55,286 nucleotides of DNA, taken from positions 1 through 55,286 of the forward strand of contig JBKPAK010000193.1 in assembly GCA_046726415.1 (NCBI GenBank), in the 5' to 3' direction. Positions 9,411-21,899 of the stretch are shown piece after piece (positions within the stretch are counted from its first letter, which is position 1; each line of letters opens with the position of its first letter). The notes beneath the pieces were generated by a model, which ran no database searches, was not told the origin of the DNA, and saw nothing but the letters and a program-made list of their open reading frames with translations. The stretch is from Candidatus Methylomirabilota bacterium (lineage in GTDB: Bacteria; Methylomirabilota; Methylomirabilia; Rokubacteriales; CSP1-6). The position numbers and the translations under genes were made by a program.

Positions 9411-10790
9411 TCAAGCTACGCCCAGAATCACCAGAGCCGACCCGTCAAGAACGCGCATCATTGCTGCGGATTCTCGCCGATGTTGTCCGATGCTGCCCTG
9501 CCCGAAGTGACTCTTAATCAGCGGGTCCAAGGTTCGAGTCCTTGACGGCCCACCAATCGAATCGGGCACTTCGGGATCCCCGGAGTGCCCGATTTGGCCT
9601 TTCAGGGCGGTTTGGTTCCAAATCTGGTTCCAAATCCCACCGGAGACCGCCCCGGCCGCCGACGTCACCGCGTCGGTGACCCGGTCTAGCAGATCCACCC
9701 ACCGGCGCCCACGGCTCGGGATCCAGCGAGCGTAATAGCGCAGCGTCGTCGCCGGATTGGCGTGCCCGAGTTGGGCGCTCACGTACGTGATCGGCGCGCC
9801 CGCGGCCAGGAGCAGGCTCGCGAAGGTGTGCCGCAGGTCGTAAAGGCGGAACGCCGGCAGCTTCGCCCTTGTCACCGCTCGCTTGAAGGCCTTCCGGACT
9901 CGCCACTCATCGTGCGGGTTGCCCTCGTCGTTTGGGAAGAGCCACGTGGGCTCGCCCCAGCCGCGGCGGAGCGCCTCCTCCTTTAGCCAGCGTAGGTGGC
10001 GCTCGAGGGCTTGAATGACCTCAGGCGTCAGGTCCACCGTCCGCTCCTCATAGGTCTTCGTCGGTTTCTCGCGGCCGAGGTTCCAGGCTCGCTCCACGCG
10101 AAGGGTGCGCCCCCTCCAGTCAACATCGCCGGGTCTCAGCGCAAAGGCCTCGCTCGGGCGCAGTCCTGCCTTGACGAGCAGGACGAACAGCGCCCAGTAC
10201 TGGCGCTCGCTTGCGGCGGCGGCGAGGAAGGCGTCGCGTTGCTCCCACGTCATCGGGCGGATCTTTTGCAGGCGCTCGGCCGAAGTCAGCTTGTCGGCGC
10301 GAGTCACCTTGCGGCGGCCGATCTGGAACGCCGGATTCGCGATGAGGACTCCGTCGTCGACGGCATCGGAGAGCATCGCCGAGAGGGACGCCTTCATCAG
10401 CCGGACCGAGTTCTTAGCATAGCCGCGGCCGCGCTTGTCAGCGAGGAAGGCCTTGATGTGGCCGCGGTGGACCTCGCGCACCTTGAGATGGCCCAGGGCG
10501 GGCAGGACGTGCCCCTCGAGCCGCTCCCTGTAGCTCCGGGCCGTGTTCGGATCCTTCTCGTGCTCGATGGTGGCGAGCCAGTGCATCGCGTACGCCCGGA
10601 GCGTGATGTCGCGATCCTCGACGGGCCCCGGCAACACGCCCTGCGATCGTAGAACCGCCGTCGCGTGCTCGTGAGCAGCATCCTCGGTCGGGAAAAGAGG
10701 CCGCCGGCGCTTCCCCTCGGCGTCGTGGTAGTCCACCTCCCAGAGCTCCCGATCGTGTCGGAAGCGGATCCTGAGGCGGGGCTTGGTCAC
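9411..10790 (-). CDS. int: Tyrosine recombinase/phage-type integrase
   Basis: GLRPSEAFAL, KT, YDLRHTFAS, LGHANPATTLRYY catalytic motifs. Confidence 0.93.
   Translation of the reverse strand: MTKPRLRIRFRHDRELWEVDYHDAEGKRRRPLFPTEDAAHEHATAVLRSQGVLPGPVEDRDITLRAYAMHWLATIEHEKDPNTARSYRERLEGHVLPALGHLKVREVHRGHIKAFLADKRGRGYAKNSVRLMKASLSAMLSDAVDDGVLIANPAFQIGRRKVTRADKLTSAERLQKIRPMTWEQRDAFLAAAASERQYWALFVLLVKAGLRPSEAFALRPGDVDWRGRTLRVERAWNLGREKPTKTYEERTVDLTPEVIQALERHLRWLKEEALRRGWGEPTWLFPNDEGNPHDEWRVRKAFKRAVTRAKLPAFRLYDLRHTFASLLLAAGAPITYVSAQLGHANPATTLRYYARWIPSRGRRWVDLLDRVTDAVTSAAGAVSGGIWNQIWNQTALKGQIGHSGDPEVPDSIGGPSRTRTLDPLIKSHFGQGSIGQHRRESAAMMRVLDGSALVILGVA
9511..9555 (+). repeat. att core 2: tRNA-Lys(CTT) 3' fragment
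   Basis: Identical 45-mer; lies inside the integrase 3' end. Confidence 0.9.
9560..9594 (+). terminator. Hairpin after att core 2
   Basis: AATCGGGCACT..AGTGCCCGATT. Confidence 0.7.
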
Positions 10791-11431
10791 GAGCTGACAG
10801 GACCAGCGCCCGTGGCCGCTGGCGATGCTGCAGTGGCTTCGAGGCTCCTGCTCGGTTTCATTTCTCGAATGTTGTCCATCGCCACGGTCGCGACCTGGCG
10901 CGCGCTTCGATCATTGCGAGCCTCCGTGCGCCGCGAGTCCGGCCGTTCGCGGCGGCGGACCACGAGGGAACGACTCACGGGCTTTGGGCCGAGGACCTTC
11001 GCAGAGCGCACGGCCCGCGAACCTGTCGTGTTCGCCGATGGTAAGGGGTGGGGCGCGTCGGGGTCAACGCGGTGGCGGGAGCGTCCCAACCACTCGCGAA
11101 GGCCGGTGACCGGGATTATCCAGTACTTCCCCTCCTTGGTGGCCGGGATACGACCTGATCGGCACAGCTCGTGGACGTAGGCCTCCTTTAGGTTGACCAA
11201 CTCGGCGACCTGGAGTGGCGTCAGGTGTCGAAGCTCGCCGACGGAATCGGCAGTTGGGCGGGGAACAGGACCACCACCCGCGGCGTCCGCCGCGCGTGCC
11301 CAGGCAAGCGCCTTCAGCCGCTCCAATGTGCCGAGAAGAGCCGGAAGGGAGTCTGGAGCGGCGCTCGCGACAGCTTGCTCGAATGCTGCGACGATTTCGC
11401 CCAGGTGACTGTCGGGGAGCAGCCGGCCCAT
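10787..11431 (-). CDS. Excisionase-like HTH protein
   Basis: LTPLQVAELVNLKEAYVHELCRSGRIPATKEGKYWII; coupled to int. Confidence 0.7.
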   Translation of the reverse strand: MGRLLPDSHLGEIVAAFEQAVASAAPDSLPALLGTLERLKALAWARAADAAGGGPVPRPTADSVGELRHLTPLQVAELVNLKEAYVHELCRSGRIPATKEGKYWIIPVTGLREWLGRSRHRVDPDAPHPLPSANTTGSRAVRSAKVLGPKPVSRSLVVRRRERPDSRRTEARNDRSARQVATVAMDNIREMKPSRSLEATAASPAATGAGPVSS

Positions 11432-11965
11432 CGAAACTCTCTCCTCACCATGGGCCCCCAGCCTTTGGGGGGACTGGCTTGCAGGGCACCAGATCACGTG
11501 AGGCAAGTCGATTGCCATCCGTGAGGGCATCGCACCAGGTTGGCCGACCGATCGGCAAAACTGCGTTCCAGATCACGATTCGCTTCAGATGGGACCCGAA
11601 TTCTATCCTCGCAGACTAATCCGCAGCCCCGACCGTGGGGCAACACACAACTCGCCTGCTGCGATTTGCCACTGTTCCGAGCCGATGATGAGTGTGTGAG
11701 AGACCTCGCCCCGGAGGGTGCCTGGCCGGCGCCAGTGAGAACCACGAGCGGCACGCTTCGCCCACCGCTCGTCCACGCGCGCCGTGCGCGCGGGATCTAT
11801 CTCGACGAATACCCCGCGAATCGCCGGCGTTGGCGCAGCGTTTCCGCGTACTGCACCGCACCGACGACCCCGCGGTGCAGGTCGCCCACGAGGACGAGTA
11901 CGGTGTGCTGGAACTCTGGCGTTCCCAGCCCCTCGGCCCCCGTCCACCCGCCTGACAGTTCACAT

Positions 11966-13120
11966 TTAGCGGCTCCGCGCGGTCCCGTACAGGAGCTTCA
12001 GCCAGGGTGGCGCCGCGAACGTCGTGAGCATCACCACGACGACGACGACGGCGTACAGGTCCTCGGCGATGACGCTCGCGGCGAGCCCGGCGCCGGCGAA
12101 GATCAGGCCGACCTCCCCGCGGGGCACCATGCCCACGCCCACGGGCCATCGGCGCACCCCCGTTTGGTAGACGGCGAGCCCCGCCACCAGCTTCGTCGCG
12201 ATGGCGACGACCGTCAGGACCATCGCCATCCCGAACTGCGCGTTCGGCGCAAACGGGCTCAGCATCGCGGGCTGGACCTTCATGCCGACGGTGACGAAGA
12301 ACACGGGGACCAGCAGGTCCGCCACCGGCTTGATGCGCGCCTCGATGTGCTCGCGTCGCTCGGTCGTCGCCAGCACCAGCCCGGCCGCGAACGCGCCGAT
12401 GATCGTCGCCAGTCCGATCAGGTCGGCGACGGCGGCCAGCGCTACCGCGAAGATCATCGAGTACACGATGAGCGTGCCCCGCGCGTGCAGCTGGCCGATC
12501 CAGCCGATCAGCACGGGGGCCAGCCGGACCCCTGCCCAGATCGCCACCAGCAGGAACACGACCGCCTTGGCCGACATCAGGCCGACGGTGGCGAGTGACA
12601 CGCTGCCGGACCGCGCGATCCCGGTCACCACGGCCAGGATGATGAGGCCGAGGATGTCGTCGACGACGGCCGCGCCGAGCACGACCTTGGCGGCGGGGTC
12701 CTGGAGCCGGCCGAGGTCGGCGAGCACACGCGCCGTAATGCCCACGCTCGTCGCGGTCAGCGTGGCGCCGATGAACACGGCGACGAGGGGCGAGAACCCG
12801 AGCCAGGCCATCACCGCGAAGCCGGCGGCGAACGGGACCACGACGCCGACGACGGCGACGAGCGTCGCCTGCAGCCCCGCCCGCAGCAGCTCGTGGAGGT
12901 TGGACTCTAGTCCGACCTCGAACAACAGAATGAGGACACCGAGCTCGGCCAGGGCGTAGAGCACGGCGGACTCGTGGACGAGACCGAGCACCCCGGGGCC
13001 GATCACGACACCCGCCAGCAGCTCGCCGAGCACGGCCGTCTGGCCGATCCGCTCCATGCCCTCGCCCGCGAGCTTGGCGGCGAGCCAGACGAGCACGAGG
13101 CCGATCAGCAGCTCATCCAT
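11966..13120 (-). CDS. Cation:proton antiporter (CPA2)
   Basis: LFEVGLES, ATSVGIT, AVVDDILG, MVPRGEVGLI. Confidence 0.9.
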   Translation of the reverse strand: MDELLIGLVLVWLAAKLAGEGMERIGQTAVLGELLAGVVIGPGVLGLVHESAVLYALAELGVLILLFEVGLESNLHELLRAGLQATLVAVVGVVVPFAAGFAVMAWLGFSPLVAVFIGATLTATSVGITARVLADLGRLQDPAAKVVLGAAVVDDILGLIILAVVTGIARSGSVSLATVGLMSAKAVVFLLVAIWAGVRLAPVLIGWIGQLHARGTLIVYSMIFAVALAAVADLIGLATIIGAFAAGLVLATTERREHIEARIKPVADLLVPVFFVTVGMKVQPAMLSPFAPNAQFGMAMVLTVVAIATKLVAGLAVYQTGVRRWPVGVGMVPRGEVGLIFAGAGLAASVIAEDLYAVVVVVVMLTTFAAPPWLKLLYGTARSR

Positions 13121-13691
13121 GAGCGACGTCCGGACCAGGCGCCCCACGAGGATGCGTCGCACGCCGCGCCTTCAGCCAGGCGGCGATCGCGGCGGGCATG
13201 GCGTCGCGGGAGCCACGGCCGAGCGTCCACAGCTCGACATCCGGGCGGCGCTTCACCTCGGCGATGAAGCCCCCGCCCCGGAGGGCGATCGTGGCCACGA
13301 CCGGCACGACGTCGTCCAGGAGCGCCCGCATCGCGGCGACGAACAGCGGCGACAGACATTCCATCTTGCCGATCTCGTCGACGAGCCAGGCGTCGACGGT
13401 CCGGACGGGACGTAGCGTCGCCGCAAGCGCGTCCATCACGGAGAGGTCGACACCGTAGCGACCGACCCGCGCGGCTCCCCGGATGTCGTCGCGGGCGAGA
13501 TCGCGGACCGTGCCGTCGAGCGTGACGGCCCGGAATCCCCGACGGACCCCGGCCGTGCGGATCTCCTCGGTGTAGAACCCGGCCAGTGACCAGCGATCGT
13601 CCAGGGCAGCGAGGGCGCGCCGGAGGGCCGTCGTCTTGCCGCTGCCCGGCGGGCCGGTGAGGAGCAGGACGTGGGTCGAGGGAGCTGCCAC
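13113..13691 (-). CDS. Nucleoside-triphosphatase (NTPase_1/THEP1); start uncertain
   Basis: LTGPPGSGKTT, GFYTEEIR, VGRYGV, VDEIGKME. Confidence 0.85.
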   Translation of the reverse strand: MAAPSTHVLLLTGPPGSGKTTALRRALAALDDRWSLAGFYTEEIRTAGVRRGFRAVTLDGTVRDLARDDIRGAARVGRYGVDLSVMDALAATLRPVRTVDAWLVDEIGKMECLSPLFVAAMRALLDDVVPVVATIALRGGGFIAEVKRRPDVELWTLGRGSRDAMPAAIAAWLKARRATHPRGAPGPDVAHG

Positions 13692-13739
13692 CGTCGTGAT
13701 GGTATCGGGACTGTCGACTGGATGGTATCGTGCTGGCTC

Positions 13740-13886
13740 ATGTCGATCCCCCGGACCGCGAGCGTGATCGTGATCGGTGGCGGCGTCGTCGGCTGCAGCA
13801 TCGCCTACCACCTGGCCGGCACTCTGGCGGTACGGATGCGGGCCTCAGGGTGTGACTCCGGCGGACCCAGAACCGGCGCGCTGTGA
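13740..13886 (+). pseudogene. N-terminal stub of FAD-dependent (DAO/GcvT-like) oxidoreductase
   Basis: MSIPRTASVIVIGGGVVGCSIAYHLA, then similarity is lost. Confidence 0.65.
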
Positions 13887-14470
13887 GCAGGCTACGGGAT
13901 CCGGGAAGAGCGGCGGTGGGAAGGGGAGCATGTACGGCAAGATAAAAAGTCACCTCACGCGCCGCGCAAGTCAGCCTCGCCTCTGAGGAAGTCGTGAAGC
14001 ACTCCCTTTTCGGGGTAGTTCGTTGTGTTCACGCAGACAGCGTGCAGATCCCGGTCGACCGGCGTGCAGCCCTGGCTCCGCCGAGCCGCTGGTTCTCCGG
14101 CGTCGGCGGGCCACGCCGGAGCCGGGATCCGAGTGGACGTCGCGCCGCTGAACAGCGGATCAGGATCCGTTGCGCGGATCGCACGCTGACGCGAGACGGC
14201 ACCGCGCGAGGCGAGGATCCGGCGGGAGTTTCGCTCGTGTGCCGACCGGCCGGCTGCGTCGGGATGATGTTCGGAACGGCGACCGCCAGGTCAACGGTCT
14301 GCACGATCCTGGGAGGCAATCCGAAGGGTTCACGAGCGCGCGATGCAGGTCTCGTGCGCACAACCGCCCAACCGTGCGCCGCCCTCGTGCGCGTCGGCAA
14401 GACCGAATCCGGCGATCAGGGGCCTCCGCGGTCTCGCGGAACGCCGGAGAGTCCGCGCACAATGAAGTGC

Positions 14471-14710
14471 ATGGCGAGCGCAGCGGACCGACTGCTCGAC
14501 GAGGCCCTCAAGCTTGCGCCTGACGAGCGCGCCCGGATCGTGGCCGAGTTGCTGGCGACGCTGGAGCCGGACTTGTCCGGTGAGCAGCGCAGCGACCAGG
14601 AGTGGATCCGGGTGGTCGAGCGACGAGCGCGGGCGGCAGCGGCGGGGAGTTCGGGAGCGCTCTGGGCCGACGCGCGGGAGCAGATCCGGAGTTGTCTCTC
14701 CACCCGGTGA
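14471..14710 (+). CDS. Addiction-module antitoxin
   Basis: LLDEALKLAPDERARIVAELLATL..EWIRVVERR..W; overlaps toxin start. Confidence 0.75.
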   Translation: MASAADRLLDEALKLAPDERARIVAELLATLEPDLSGEQRSDQEWIRVVERRARAAAAGSSGALWADAREQIRSCLSTR

Positions 14711-15010
14711 AGGTCGTCCACCTCTCCCCGGAGGCGCTCGACGAGCTCGTCGAGGCGGTTGCATGGTAGCGAGCCCGCCGGCCTGGGCCGGAGTCCGAAT
14801 TCCTGGCAGAGGTCGATCGCGGTCTGCCACTGATCGGGGATTCACCAACGGCGTTTCCTCGGCTACTCGATGTAGCTGAGGACCTTGTGATCCGCCGGCC
14901 TGCTCCTCGCTTTCCGTACGCGCTGATCTCATGGACCTCGTCGAGCACGTCAGGTTCCTCGCCGTGCGCATGCGAAAGAGACGGCCGGGCTACCGGCTCG
15001 ATCGGGTAGA
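14707..15010 (+). pseudogene. RelE/ParE toxin pseudogene
   Basis: MKVVHLSPEALDELVEAVAW*(TAG 14767)..EFLAEVDR..RFPYAL with further frameshifts. Confidence 0.7.
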
Positions 15011-15239
15011 CGACGAGCAGCAACGCTGCGCCGATACCGCGGCGCGAACGGCGGCATCAAGGGCGAGCTCGCTCCGCTCGTCGCCGTCGGCGCCCCTTGA
15101 CCCCGCCGTTCGGACCGCGGGGCTCCCTCACCTATGGCTGCAAAGCCGGGGCTTTCCAGCAGGCAAAGGCCACCCCCGATCCTGGCCGCCGGCTCGACTG
15201 AGAGCCGCTGTGGATCCCCGTGCCAGGCGCACGTGAACG

Positions 15240-15296
15240 ACGTCTGGCGTGGGCAATGGCTTCCAGCCGGACGGTGAACGTTGCACCCTGCCCCAG
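15240..15296 (-). pseudogene. C-terminal fragment of a histidine kinase HATPase domain
   Basis: LGQGATFTVRLEA resembles the final G2 box/beta strand; very short. Confidence 0.35.
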
Positions 15297-15333
15297 GAGG
15301 CCGTGGCTTGTAAGGATTGTCGAGCCACTTCAC

Positions 15334-15350
15334 TGTCACAACGCTGTGAA
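15334..15350 (-). promoter_or_regulatory. Repeated 17-bp motif, copy 1
   Basis: TTCACAGCGTTGTGACA on minus; identical to 40058-40074. Confidence 0.6.
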
Positions 15351-15418
15351 ATCATTGTCGGGCCGTCTCGTCCGGTTCCACGCCGGCTACAATACGGGGC
15401 GATGAGCGTCGCCCCTCC

Positions 15419-17020
15419 ATGAGCGAGATGCCTACCCGGAAGCCGGCGGGCGAGGCCGAGCGGTACCGCACCCTGCTGGAGATCACGAACGCGCTGGTCG
15501 CCAACCTGACCCGGGAGGCGCTGTTCGCCGCTATCGCCGCCGCGCTGCGCCGCGTCGTGCCCTTCGATCGGACTGCGATCTTCCTGCACGACCCGCAGCG
15601 CGACGTGCTGCGTCTGTTCGTGCTCGAGTCCTCGCTGCCGACGTCGTACTTCACGGTGGGGTTGGAGATCCCCGCCAGCGAAAGTCACGTCGGGCTCGTG
15701 TTCCAGCAGCGGCGCCCGTACGTGCGGGGCGACCTCGCGCGCGAGGCGCAGTACCCGGCCGAGGTCCAGGCGCTGGCCGACGGCGTGCGCTCGTTCGCCA
15801 TCGTGCCGCTGATCGTGCGGGCACGTTGCATTGGCACCCTGGCCGTGGCGAGCACGCAGGTGGGCCAGTACGCCGAGGCCGATGTGGGCTTTCTGCAGGA
15901 AGTGGCCGGCCAGGTGGCCGTCGCCATCGAGAACATGCGGGCCTATGAGCGCATCGGCGAGCTCACGGCCCGGCTGGAGCGTGAGAACGCTTACTTACAA
16001 GAGGAGATCCACCGCGAGCACGACTTTGCCCAGATGGTGGGCAGCAGCGAGTCCCTGCTGGCCGTGCTGCGTCGCGTCGAGAAGGTGGCGCCGACTGACT
16101 CCACGGTGCTGATCACCGGCGAGACGGGTACGGGCAAGGAGCTCATCGCGCGCGCCATCCACCATGCGAGCCGGCGCCGAGCGCGGCCGCTCGTGAAGGT
16201 CAACTGCAGCGCGATCTCGGCGGGTCTGGTCGAGAGCGAGTTCTTCGGACACGTCAAGGGCGCCTTCACCGGTGCGCTGGAGCGCCGCATGGGCCGCTTC
16301 CAGCTGGCCGACGGCGGCACGATCTTCCTGGACGAGGTGGGTGAGCTGCCACTGGAGACCCAAGTCAAGCTGCTGCGCGTGCTCCAGGAGCAGGAATTCG
16401 AGCCGGTCGGCAGCAGTCAGACGGTGGCGGTGGACGTCCGGGTGATCGCGGCGACCAACCGCGATCTCCAGGCCGCCGTCGACGCCGGCCGTTTCCGCTA
16501 CGACCTCTTCTATCGGCTCAACGTGTTCCCACTGGAGGTCCCGCCGCTGCGGGAGCGCCGCTCGGACGTCCCCCAGCTCGCCATGTTCTTCCTCGCCCAG
16601 TACGCCAGGAGGTTCGGCAAGCGGATCGAGACACTCTCGCCCGACACGCTGGAGCGGCTCGTCGCCTACGACTGGCCCGGCAACGTCCGCGAGCTTCAGA
16701 ACGTGATCGAGCGCGCCGCGGTGCTGACCATGGGCTCGGTTCTTGAGCTCGACGACGACCTCCTACGCCCCGCGGCGGCGCGGAGGCAGACTCCGGCGGC
16801 GTCGGATGCCGAGCGGTCAGTACGTCCGGGACCGGACGCCGGGCTGGCCGAGGTGCTCGAGGACGTGGAGCGAGCGCACATCACGGGCGCGCTACAGCGC
16901 AGCGGAGGCGTCGTCGAGGGGCCGCGCGGTGCGGCCGCCCTGCTCAAGATGCATCCCAACACGCTGCGCAGCCGCATGGAGAAGCTCGGCATCCGTCGCG
17001 AGGCCCACGAGTCTTCGTAG
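15419..17020 (+). CDS. Sigma-54-dependent activator, GAF-AAA-HTH (FhlA-like)
   Basis: GETGTGKE, GAFTGA, FLDEVGE, WPGNVRELQN. Confidence 0.93.
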   Translation: MSEMPTRKPAGEAERYRTLLEITNALVANLTREALFAAIAAALRRVVPFDRTAIFLHDPQRDVLRLFVLESSLPTSYFTVGLEIPASESHVGLVFQQRRPYVRGDLAREAQYPAEVQALADGVRSFAIVPLIVRARCIGTLAVASTQVGQYAEADVGFLQEVAGQVAVAIENMRAYERIGELTARLERENAYLQEEIHREHDFAQMVGSSESLLAVLRRVEKVAPTDSTVLITGETGTGKELIARAIHHASRRRARPLVKVNCSAISAGLVESEFFGHVKGAFTGALERRMGRFQLADGGTIFLDEVGELPLETQVKLLRVLQEQEFEPVGSSQTVAVDVRVIAATNRDLQAAVDAGRFRYDLFYRLNVFPLEVPPLRERRSDVPQLAMFFLAQYARRFGKRIETLSPDTLERLVAYDWPGNVRELQNVIERAAVLTMGSVLELDDDLLRPAAARRQTPAASDAERSVRPGPDAGLAEVLEDVERAHITGALQRSGGVVEGPRGAAALLKMHPNTLRSRMEKLGIRREAHESS

Positions 17021-17189
17021 GGTTCCCCCTGTTGTTCGTGGGCGTCCTCGGCGACGCCGGGCCTACCGCGCCGGTCGAGCCACCGGGTCGCCGCGTAAGT
17101 CCGCGCCACACCGGACGTGCCTCGGATGTGGGCACACCATTCCGGGCTTGCACGCTCCTTGCGTAGTCGTGTCCGCGAGAAGTCCCGAC

Positions 17190-17439
17190 ATGCTGAAGAT
17201 CGTGCTGAGCGAGCCTCAGGCTGACCGAGCCGTCCTCCGGCTCGAGGGGCAGATCATCGGCCCCTGGGTCGATGAGCTAGAGCGCGCGTGTGACCGGCTG
17301 CTCGCGGCCAGCCCCGTCACCCTCGACCTCTCGGACGTGTCCTTCGTCGAGCGCCGGGGCGTCGCACTCCTCCGCTCTCTCGGCGCCCGTGCCCGTACTG
17401 CACTGCTCCCCTTTCGTGGCCGAGCAGCTGAAGGTGTGA
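17190..17439 (+). CDS. STAS-like small protein, frameshifted near the 3' end
   Basis: LRLEGQIIGPWVDEL..LDLSDVSFV; natural-looking end LHCSPFVAEQLKV* is in another frame. Confidence 0.6.
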
Positions 17440-17441
17440 GC

Positions 17442-18137
17442 GTGGTCAGCGCCGAGACGAGCGACAGCGCCCTGTTCGAGCGGTTGCGCGTCGGTGACGC
17501 CGAGGCCCTCGAGCCGCTCATGGACCGGTTCGCGAACCGCGTCTATCGCGTCGCCAACGGGATCTGCGGCTCCGCGGCCGACGCCGAGGAGGTCGTGCAG
17601 GACGTCTTCCTGACGGTCTTCCGCAAGGCCGCCAGCTTCGAGGGGCGCGCGGCGCTCGGCACGTGGCTCTATCGCATCGCGGTCAACACGGCGCTGAACA
17701 AGCGCCGCGGCAAGCGGGCGGAGGTCGAGGAGCCGCTCGAGGACCTCCTGCCGACCTACAAGGAGGACGGCCACCGGCAGGGTGATCGTTCGTTCCTCCT
17801 CGCCGACTGGTCCTCGTTGCCCGACGAGACTCTGCTGTCGCGGGAGGGGCGCGAGGTGGTTCGCGCCGCTGTCGACCGACTCCCCCAGCACTACCGCGCG
17901 GTCCTGCTCCTGCGCGACGTCGAGGAGCTGTCGAGCGAGGAGGCCGCGGAGATCCTCGGCGAGACGGTCGCCTCCGTGAAGTCCCGCCTGCACCGGGCTC
18001 GCATGGCCCTGCGCGAGCTCTTGACCCAGACCTACGCTTCCGGCAGCACGCTCGCCCTCACCGCGATGACCCACAGGCCGCACACACCAGCCCCAGGCCG
18101 ACCGCCAGACCCACCAGCTCGGCCACCGCGCCGATGA
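17442..18137 (+). CDS. ECF sigma-70 factor (3' end uncertain)
   Basis: DAEEVVQDVFL, TWLYRIAVN, VKSRLHRAR. Confidence 0.88.
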   Translation: MVSAETSDSALFERLRVGDAEALEPLMDRFANRVYRVANGICGSAADAEEVVQDVFLTVFRKAASFEGRAALGTWLYRIAVNTALNKRRGKRAEVEEPLEDLLPTYKEDGHRQGDRSFLLADWSSLPDETLLSREGREVVRAAVDRLPQHYRAVLLLRDVEELSSEEAAEILGETVASVKSRLHRARMALRELLTQTYASGSTLALTAMTHRPHTPAPGRPPDPPARPPRR

Positions 18138-19155
18138 GCGGCGGCCCCACCAGAAATCCCAGGTAACCGGTCGTCGCCACCGCGGCCAGTCCTCGGCCGG
18201 GCTCGACGCCCGGCACCCTGGACGCCGCGCTGAAGAGCACGGGGATGACGTTCGCGATGCCCATCCCCACCAGAGCACAGCCCATGATTCCGGCGATGGG
18301 CTGGGCGACGAGCAGGGCGACCGCGAGCCCGGCGCCCGCGACGCCGCTCGAGGCGCGCAGGACCAGGCGTGGCCCCAGCCGGGCGACCAGCGCGTCGCCC
18401 GTGAAGCGTCCCCCCGTCATCGCCAGCGAGAACGCGCCGAACCCGACTGCCGCCACGGCCGGCGTCGCGCCGAGCGTGTCGCGCAAGTAGACGGCGCTCC
18501 AGTCGGCCATCGCGCCCTCCGCCAGCAGGCCGAGCAGCGCCAGCACCCCGAGCGCAAGAAGCGCGCGCGTCGGCCGGGCGAGCGCCGGGCCCGAGCCCTC
18601 GGGTCTGGGGCTGCAGGGCAGCAGACCCGGCAGCGCCAGGGCGACGGCGACGAGCGCGACCAGCGCGGCAGCGCTGACGTGGGTCACGTCGGCGGTGCCG
18701 AACGCCATGGCGCCGCTCGCCAGGAGCGCCCCGGCCACACCTCCCAGGCTGAACAGCGCGTGGAAGGAGGACATGATCGGCCGGCCGGCCGCGCGCTCGA
18801 CCGCCGCCGCCTGGGCATTCATCGACACGTCGAGCAGGCCATTGAACGCGCCTAGCATAACCAGGGCCGCGACCAGCGCCGGCAGGCTCGAACTCAGCAC
18901 CGGCAGCGGCATGGCCAGGCAGAAGACCAGCGCCGCCGAGGAGGTCACCGCCCGGCTGCCGAGCCGCGCGATCAGCGGGCCGGCGGCAGGCAGGGCCACC
19001 AGAGCACCCGCCGCCATGGCGAGCAACACAAGGCCCAGCTGCCCGTCACCCGAGGTGAGGCGGCTCTTCACGGCCGGGATGTGCGGTAGCCAGCTCGCCA
19101 GGACGGCTCCGTTGACGAAGAAGAGGATCGATACCGCGACGCGCGAGCGGCTCAT
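18058..19155 (-). CDS. MFS transporter (true stop probably 18032 after a 1-bp indel)
   Basis: 12 TM pattern, [27 protein letters not shown]. Confidence 0.88.
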   Translation of the reverse strand: MSRSRVAVSILFFVNGAVLASWLPHIPAVKSRLTSGDGQLGLVLLAMAAGALVALPAAGPLIARLGSRAVTSSAALVFCLAMPLPVLSSSLPALVAALVMLGAFNGLLDVSMNAQAAAVERAAGRPIMSSFHALFSLGGVAGALLASGAMAFGTADVTHVSAAALVALVAVALALPGLLPCSPRPEGSGPALARPTRALLALGVLALLGLLAEGAMADWSAVYLRDTLGATPAVAAVGFGAFSLAMTGGRFTGDALVARLGPRLVLRASSGVAGAGLAVALLVAQPIAGIMGCALVGMGIANVIPVLFSAASRVPGVEPGRGLAAVATTGYLGFLVGPPLIGAVAELVGLAVGLGLVCAACGSSR

Positions 19156-19232
19156 GGCTGTTGCAAGGGACCCGGCCCGGGCCATCGACGGTTCGACCGG
19201 ATCGCCAGGCCGCGCCGGCGTGTCCCTGGGGC

Positions 19233-21895
<2,663 letters not shown>

Positions 21896-21899
<4 letters not shown>

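Larger units (their letters stand above)
1161..9555. mobile_element. Genomic island A (fluoride-resistance cargo, no integrase)
   Basis: Bounded by direct tRNA-Lys fragments; GGG(G/T)CAA repeats at 1269-1300 and 9382-9404. Confidence 0.75.

Noticed and set aside
11620-11955. Possible C-terminal gene fragment beside xis
   Set aside because: Protein-like in part but no recognisable family or start
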